From a virus, in the IMG/VR virus record IMGVR_UViG_3300032315_001572, positions 25,549 to 89,548 of that record: a stretch of 64,000 nucleotides of DNA. One strand, given 5' to 3'. Below are positions 58,440 through 64,000 of the stretch, in pieces. The stretch's first letter is position 1. Every line of letters begins with the position of its first letter. The notes below the pieces were generated by a model. That model was not told the origin of the DNA. It saw nothing but the letters and a program-made list of their open reading frames with translations, and did not search any database. The position numbers were made by a program, and so were the translations under genes.

Positions 58440-58889
58440 TTACTCTACGTAACTTGCTGTGGCATCTTTACATCCAGATGCAATAGCGTTAAGTACCTTT
58501 ACTGCGAGAGCGCCATTTCCATCTAATCTTGCAAATTGTTGAGCATAAAGATCTTTTATTACAGTAACATAATTTGCCCAATGAGTTTTTTCTGCTGGAA
58601 GGTAATCGTTAAGAGCTTTTTGAAGTTGCTCTGGAGTTGGAGTAGTTCCAGCTGTTAATCCTTCTACAATAGCTGCAACATGATTAATCATTTTAGCTTT
58701 TTCAATTCTATCGTTACCAGAAACTGCTTGATCAAGAACAACAGTGCAAGCTAATATAACTGCTGGTTTGACATAAGGAAGAGTATTTTCAACACTTGTT
58801 GCAACGTCAACTTTTCCAGTACTAGTTGTAGCACAACCAACAAAAAATACGCTCAAAAGAGCAACTGCAATTAATTGTAATTTATTCAT
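58440..58889 (-). CDS. Lipoprotein in the lysis cluster
   Basis: Signal peptide and FVGC lipobox. Confidence 0.7.
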   Translation of the reverse strand: MNKLQLIAVALLSVFFVGCATTSTGKVDVATSVENTLPYVKPAVILACTVVLDQAVSGNDRIEKAKMINHVAAIVEGLTAGTTPTPEQLQKALNDYLPAEKTHWANYVTVIKDLYAQQFARLDGNGALAVKVLNAIASGCKDATASYVE

Positions 58890-59170
58890 ATATTTTCTCC
58901 ATGTGTTCTATCTTTTGCTTCACTTGTTTGAGCTACTGTTCCACCAGTAACTGCTGCATCTTTTACTGTTAATGCAAAAATAATACCAGATACAACTGCG
59001 ACTAATTTTGCAATTCCAGTGATATAAACTTCTGCTATATCTGGAAGAAATGCTACTAAAGTTGGATCTGAATGAATTGCTATTGCCGTAGTAACTGCTA
59101 CAACTGTTGCAATTCCAGATGAGCTAGATCTCCAATTAGGGCCAAATATTTTAGATAGCATAGTTTTCAT
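58886..59170 (-). CDS. Holin candidate
   Basis: 94 aa; two hydrophobic segments; NWRSS..G; two possible starts (MKTM). Confidence 0.6.
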   Translation of the reverse strand: MKTMLSKIFGPNWRSSSSGIATVVAVTTAIAIHSDPTLVAFLPDIAEVYITGIAKLVAVVSGIIFALTVKDAAVTGGTVAQTSEAKDRTHGENI

Positions 59171-59175
59171 AAGAT

Positions 59176-59182
59176 ATTACAC
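59176..59182 (-). promoter_or_regulatory. GTGTAAT motif 5 nt before ATG 59170
   Basis: Recurrent motif. Confidence 0.65.
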
Positions 59183-59202
59183 TATATTATATATATTAAA
59201 AA

Positions 59203-60411
59203 TTAAAATATCAATACTTTCTTTTGATTATTCAAAACACCATATAATATATTCCCGCTAATAAACAATCCTCTTCTTCCAAAATCTGGATCAAGATCAA
59301 AATCAAAACTTAAAGTTGCAGTTTTATTGCTTCCGATAGAAGAGTCATAATTAATATTTGTAAATTTACAGCCACTAAAAGTTAATTTTGTTTGATCTAC
59401 TCCTATTTTTCTATTATTAAAATTAACAACAATATTGTAATCATCATCTCGATTTAATGTATCAAAAAATGAACCAGAAAGATCTTCTTTAACAATAAAA
59501 CTTGTATTTAATTTTCCATTAATTGGAAATTCTATTTTTCTTAATAATGGGAATTTGTAATTAATTGATCTATAAGGTTTTCTATTAAAAGATAAAGTAT
59601 AATCTAAACTTTGAATTATATCATTATAAAATAAAACTCCAGTAGTATTATTTGTGTAAAAAGTAACACTAGCGTCTCCTGGCAAAAGAATATTTTGTCC
59701 ACTTATTCCAGTTTGATTATAATTTAAAGCTTTTGGAATAATAATTGTATCATTATTTACTTGATTGATTCCAGATCTTAAATCTAACAAAGTATACTTT
59801 ACGCCAGATCCACTATTGTAAAAAACAATATTATCCGCAACATAATTTTGATTTACTATTGGCAAATTTCCAAGTGAAACATTAAAAGAGTATTCACTAA
59901 GATAAGAGTTTTGAAAATGTAATAATCCATAATTTTGACTATTTGAATTTATTATTTGAGTAGTATTAGTTGGATTAATTAATGAGTTTGTTAGTGTCGC
60001 ATTTTCAGAAAATAAATCATCATTATTTTCATTTATAACAAGATAAAAATCTCTATCATTTAATAAGCTACTGTTAGTACATAGTCCAGAAAACATTGGT
60101 GCATTAAATCCAGAAAAATGATTAACATTGAAATTTAATCTATTTTCATTTGTAACACCATCTGGAATATATGAAAAATTAAAAGTTACTTCTGGTGGTC
60201 CAGAAATTCCACGAAATATATTTTGTTTTTGACCAAAGCCTTGAGCATTTAATCTTGATTGTTGAATTGAATAATTAAAGCTTTGTATTTTCTCTAGTCT
60301 TTTAAGAATAATATTATTAGCTAAATAATAATCAGAACCCGCATTCTGCTCTCCACTATATGGAGCAACATATAAGCCTTCTACATTGTAGATTATTCTA
60401 TTTCTGGCCAT
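59203..60411 (-). CDS. Second tail-tube-like protein (paralogue of 28602-29750)
   Basis: Shared MARNRIIY, IQ..NYS, NEN.L.F, PGD, R.I.FP, YxSxIGSNK..TL.F and GLFI.G. Confidence 0.75.
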   Translation of the reverse strand: MARNRIIYNVEGLYVAPYSGEQNAGSDYYLANNIILKRLEKIQSFNYSIQQSRLNAQGFGQKQNIFRGISGPPEVTFNFSYIPDGVTNENRLNFNVNHFSGFNAPMFSGLCTNSSLLNDRDFYLVINENNDDLFSENATLTNSLINPTNTTQIINSNSQNYGLLHFQNSYLSEYSFNVSLGNLPIVNQNYVADNIVFYNSGSGVKYTLLDLRSGINQVNNDTIIIPKALNYNQTGISGQNILLPGDASVTFYTNNTTGVLFYNDIIQSLDYTLSFNRKPYRSINYKFPLLRKIEFPINGKLNTSFIVKEDLSGSFFDTLNRDDDYNIVVNFNNRKIGVDQTKLTFSGCKFTNINYDSSIGSNKTATLSFDFDLDPDFGRRGLFISGNILYGVLNNQKKVLIF

Positions 60412-60431
60412 AACCTTAATCCTTGTATAGG

Positions 60432-60438
60432 ATTACAC
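60432..60438 (-). promoter_or_regulatory. GTGTAAT motif 20 nt before ATG 60411
   Basis: Recurrent motif. Confidence 0.7.
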
Positions 60439-60441
60439 TTT

Positions 60442-62373
60442 TTAAGCTTTACTATGATACAACAATGAAGCTATGTAATTTGAGACTTGATGTTCAACTG
60501 CAATCTCTTGAATATTATTAATTTGCTCTTGATTTTGATCAAAAGGTTTTTCTATATATTCTTCAATTTTAGATGTCCAATTCTCTGGAACTTCATTAGC
60601 TATAATAATTTCAGATATATTTTCTGCGCTTTCTTTTTGTTGATTGCTTAATTTTTTAACATTAAACTTTTTTCTAACAGCAGATTTAACTTCTTCTTCT
60701 AGATTTTGAGATGCTAAAATATTATCTTTGATTTTAAGGACTGAGAATGAAGCTTTTGTGCCAATTGGTTTTACATTTTTTGTAGATTGAGGTACTCCAG
60801 TAGAACCAGATGGTCTTCCAGCTTGACCAGCTGCACTTCCACCAATAAGTGGTTGATATAAACCTTCGTCTCTTAATTCTTTGAATTTTCTTTGAGATTG
60901 TACGGACTCTTCTTGAGTTGGCAATCTTCCAGTATCGATTGCAGCCAATCCTTCTTCTGCAGTTAGTACTCCTAACTCAACTAGTCTATTGTAAATTCTA
61001 GAGTATTGAACATCATCTTTAATATCAATATCTTGGAATGTTGGAGTTGGAAAATTCTTAAAACCAATATCTTTGCTCATTCTTCTAATTTCTGGAATTA
61101 AAAATTCATTGATAAATACTTCTCTGGCCTGTTTTAATCTTTGAACAAATACTTGAACTTTAATGCTTGTGTTTGCGAATTTTTCATTGCCAATAAGAAT
61201 ATTATTTAATCCAATTTGAATATCACGATCTACTACTTCATACTTTTGTGGTCCAATTAGATTGCCAATATCTGGAATTACGAATTGAGCTTTTGTTGTA
61301 TAATCAGCAATAAGAACTCTTCCGATGCTTTGGTTTTCAAATAATTGTTGCATCGCTTGAAGATTTTTTTGATTTACTCCGCCTTTATCAGGAGTATCTC
61401 CCATTGTAACTAATAGAACTGCTTGTTGCATTGTTCTTGTTACTGCCATGTCCATTTTCTTCATTTCAAGTTTCCAATTGATATCATCAAGAACTGGAAA
61501 ACCCATTGGAATAGAAAGTGGCTCGTAATCTTGCTTTTTATAAAATACTGCTGCAAGCTTGCTCTTGTCTAGTGGAACAAGAATATAGGAATTATTTTTA
61601 TTTTTAATTTTCTCTTTAACATCTTGAGGAAGATTTTTATAAACTTCAATATCTTCATCTGTTTTTGGATCTCTTAGTCTTTCTAATTCGTAATCACTCA
61701 ATAATTTGTAATAAACATTAAAAGCATAATTAACTGTTCCGCCAACGTAGATGTCAGCTGGGTTAACAATTGTATATCTTGCTGGAAGTTTAACTGAACC
61801 ATCTTGAGCAATTGATTTTAATTTAGAACCAAAAGTTTGTGTTATTTTTAAAAGTTGTTCGCTAGTTAAAGATGTGTCAAATCTATAAGTGAATACGTTT
61901 CCGCTTCTGTAGTACTCTCTAAAGAATTGATCTTGGAAACTTGCTAGATTGATTTTCTTAAAATATGCTTCAAAAAATTCTCTTGATTTTTGACTTCCAC
62001 CAGTTAGATAAATTTGACTATCTGAAAACTCGGTCATCAAATCAATTGTATTTCTGAAAATACCTACATTGTAATAAGCTTTTTGGCATAGAATAATAGC
62101 ATCTCTAACATCTAAAGTAGAAAGATTTCTTACATAATTAGAATATCTAAAAGGAATAATACCTGTATCAATATTAGTAAACCTATTAGTTCTTTCTATA
62201 TCTGCTGCAGCATTTCTACGCATACCAGTTGAAGCCCTAATCTCTGCTATTTTTGCTCTTTTCTTGTCTGATGCATCAGTTCCGTATACCATAAGTGGTG
62301 TTACTTGATCTTGTGGGAGTGGTAATTCTACTGAGGCTTTGGTTTCTTCAATTTTTTTAGTTTTTTTGCTCAT
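60442..62373 (-). CDS. Portal protein
   Basis: 643 aa directly after the terminase; AYYNVGIFRNTIDLM and FFREYYRSGNVF. Confidence 0.8.
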   Translation of the reverse strand: MSKKTKKIEETKASVELPLPQDQVTPLMVYGTDASDKKRAKIAEIRASTGMRRNAAADIERTNRFTNIDTGIIPFRYSNYVRNLSTLDVRDAIILCQKAYYNVGIFRNTIDLMTEFSDSQIYLTGGSQKSREFFEAYFKKINLASFQDQFFREYYRSGNVFTYRFDTSLTSEQLLKITQTFGSKLKSIAQDGSVKLPARYTIVNPADIYVGGTVNYAFNVYYKLLSDYELERLRDPKTDEDIEVYKNLPQDVKEKIKNKNNSYILVPLDKSKLAAVFYKKQDYEPLSIPMGFPVLDDINWKLEMKKMDMAVTRTMQQAVLLVTMGDTPDKGGVNQKNLQAMQQLFENQSIGRVLIADYTTKAQFVIPDIGNLIGPQKYEVVDRDIQIGLNNILIGNEKFANTSIKVQVFVQRLKQAREVFINEFLIPEIRRMSKDIGFKNFPTPTFQDIDIKDDVQYSRIYNRLVELGVLTAEEGLAAIDTGRLPTQEESVQSQRKFKELRDEGLYQPLIGGSAAGQAGRPSGSTGVPQSTKNVKPIGTKASFSVLKIKDNILASQNLEEEVKSAVRKKFNVKKLSNQQKESAENISEIIIANEVPENWTSKIEEYIEKPFDQNQEQINNIQEIAVEHQVSNYIASLLYHSKA

Positions 62374-62385
62374 ATATTGTTAAAT

Positions 62386-62392
62386 ATTACAC
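62386..62392 (-). promoter_or_regulatory. GTGTAAT motif abutting the terminase stop, 12 nt before the portal ATG
   Basis: Recurrent motif. Confidence 0.7.
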
Positions 62393-64000
62393 TTATTTTA
62401 TCATTATTGGGGTGAAAGTCTGAGATATCTCTTCTTTTGGAGCTGTCATTATATCATAATAGCATTTTAAACCCCAATTTCCTAATAAAAGTGCTGAATA
62501 ATTATCTTTTCTAGCTTTATTAGATGAACTACTTCTTTTTAAGTGTTGAGGTAAATCAAAGGATTGAGTACCCCTAGCTGTAGATGAGTGTTCTACCAAA
62601 GTGCATTGTTTTTTAGTTTGATAGATAAAGTCGTCTTGATTTTCAATAAAGTCTAGAGTAGACCAGTCTTTTTTTTCTTCTGTTTTCATTAACTCTAATG
62701 GGATACTTTGACCGAATACAGTTTCAAAGAAATTATCATTAGCGCAAGTTTTACTAGCAAACCATATCTTTTTATAATCAATAGAGGCTTGCAAATGTTC
62801 GTTGGCTTTACGAATAAAGTTGCTTGTGAAGACTTGATTAAAAGCTATTTTCTTAGATTCTAGATTATAACTATTTCTAACTTTACGAACTTCTTGCTCA
62901 TAATCCACACCTTCTAAATCAGAATTAAATTCAAAAGTATTGATTACTAAATTATTGCTTTTAAATAATTCAGATTGATTACAAGCAGAAAGAAATATGT
63001 CTGCTCCAGCATTATCCAAAATCATAAATACAATATTAAAATTAGTCATAAGATAATAAAAGTAATTAACGTGATTTTTTAAGTTTCCTAATCCAGCGTA
63101 AGTGTGAACCAATGTACCAGTTTTTGTTTCTTCATCAATCTCCATTACTGCCATAGCAAAATAATCTGCATTAGGACTATCACTCATATTAGGATCAATA
63201 CCAAGAATATATTTTTTTCCAGAAGTTCCTTTCATTAAAGTGTGAGGAGCTTGACCATTGGGTATAGTGCAATCTTCCATCTTTTTTGCGCTAAAGTAAC
63301 TATCACTACCATCAATAAATCTTGCACAATATTCTCTCAAAAAGCTGCTATGACTTGATCCTCCATTTTGAGCTTCTTCAATAATCGTTTTATCAATCAT
63401 CTCTAATGGCAAAGCTTCATAACTTAATTGAGATACAAAATAAGATGCTTCTGTGTTTTCTTTTGAATAGATTTTTTCTATCCATTCATTATATGTTTTA
63501 TAAAGATTTTCAAATGTATAACTCGCAGAAGAAAGAGCTATCATTTTACTATTATTTTCAAAAACCATTCTATCTTCTTCTTTCATCGCTCCTTCTCTAA
63601 TTAAAGCGTCTTCCATTTCTCTAATTTCCATTCGTTCTTTCATATTCTGTGGCGCAACTAAGAATGGCATTAATACAGTTTTAACAATATCTTCTGATAG
63701 TAAGAGAAACTCGTCAAGCACTAATACGTTAGCGCGAAATCCTCGGATCTTTTCTCCGCTTAAGGGAATAGCTACAATACTTCCGCCATTAATTGACCAT
63801 TCGTATTGATCATTTCTTTTACTTTTTGAACCAAAAGCTTGTTGAAGAAGTTCTGCTCCTTTACTATTTACGATTTTCTCTAGATTATTAAATATGAACC
63901 TAGCTGTTCTGAAAGTTGGTCCTGCAATTAGAATTTTAGTATTAGGTTCAAAAACGCATTGAAGAAAACAAAATACACTTGCTATAAAACTTTTACCACA
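62393..64000 (-). CDS. terL: Terminase large subunit, 5' end truncated by the window
   Basis: Frame open to 64000: CGKSF (Walker A), IRGFRANVLVLDE (Walker B), ALSSA, FLREYCARF, ILGIDP and RKDNYSA. Confidence 0.93.
   Translation of the reverse strand, partial: CGKSFIASVFCFLQCVFEPNTKILIAGPTFRTARFIFNNLEKIVNSKGAELLQQAFGSKSKRNDQYEWSINGGSIVAIPLSGEKIRGFRANVLVLDEFLLLSEDIVKTVLMPFLVAPQNMKERMEIREMEDALIREGAMKEEDRMVFENNSKMIALSSASYTFENLYKTYNEWIEKIYSKENTEASYFVSQLSYEALPLEMIDKTIIEEAQNGGSSHSSFLREYCARFIDGSDSYFSAKKMEDCTIPNGQAPHTLMKGTSGKKYILGIDPNMSDSPNADYFAMAVMEIDEETKTGTLVHTYAGLGNLKNHVNYFYYLMTNFNIVFMILDNAGADIFLSACNQSELFKSNNLVINTFEFNSDLEGVDYEQEVRKVRNSYNLESKKIAFNQVFTSNFIRKANEHLQASIDYKKIWFASKTCANDNFFETVFGQSIPLELMKTEEKKDWSTLDFIENQDDFIYQTKKQCTLVEHSSTARGTQSFDLPQHLKRSSSSNKARKDNYSALLLGNWGLKCYYDIMTAPKEEISQTFTPIMIK

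Noticed and set aside
891-63600. Other short antisense ORFs in the track (e.g. 891-1073, 4570-4797, 27354-27665, 53266-53646, 63406-63600)
   Set aside because: They overlap well-supported genes on the opposite strand and show no motifs or expression signals
46461-63721. ORF-track starts at 46484, 53361 and 63721
   Set aside because: The first two run into promoter motifs (better starts are 46460 and 53340); the terminase frame continues to the window edge
1-64000. Stop-codon reassignment
   Set aside because: Long genes are intact in the standard code, and TAA, TGA and TAG all end genes at tight junctions

Overview
A 64 kb, AT-rich segment of a large tailed dsDNA phage with a siphovirus-type tail. 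It uses the standard genetic code, and I saw no tRNA, CRISPR array or integrase. Positions 1-9.5 kb (+) hold a replication/modification module: a DNA polymerase III split into a stand-alone PHP protein, a DEDDh exonuclease and a PHP-less DnaE, then a Whirly-like SSB candidate, two glycosyltransferase genes that share a split GT9 domain, and an ssDNA-annealing protein. Positions 9.5-64 kb hold morphogenesis and lysis genes, mostly on the - strand: terminase (partial), portal, tail-tube paralogues, lysis genes, protease/scaffold, capsid, repeat-rich fibres, neck, tail tube, chaperones and tape measure. The lambda-like M-L-K-I-J tail-tip block lies inverted on +. Main observations: (1) a GTGTAAT motif precedes about 17 late genes, often 5-10 nt before an ATG with no Shine-Dalgarno, and it reveals an uncalled lipoprotein gene; (2) S/T-G dipeptides are strongly enriched in external virion proteins, and the genome carries its own glycosyltransferases, suggesting virion glycosylation; (3) the tape measure has four GF(I/V)PNF motifs, two of which bracket a nuclease-like segment; (4) a tandem 20-nt hairpin with compensatory changes sits in the fibre-operon leader. 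All product calls come from manual motif recognition; no database searches were run.
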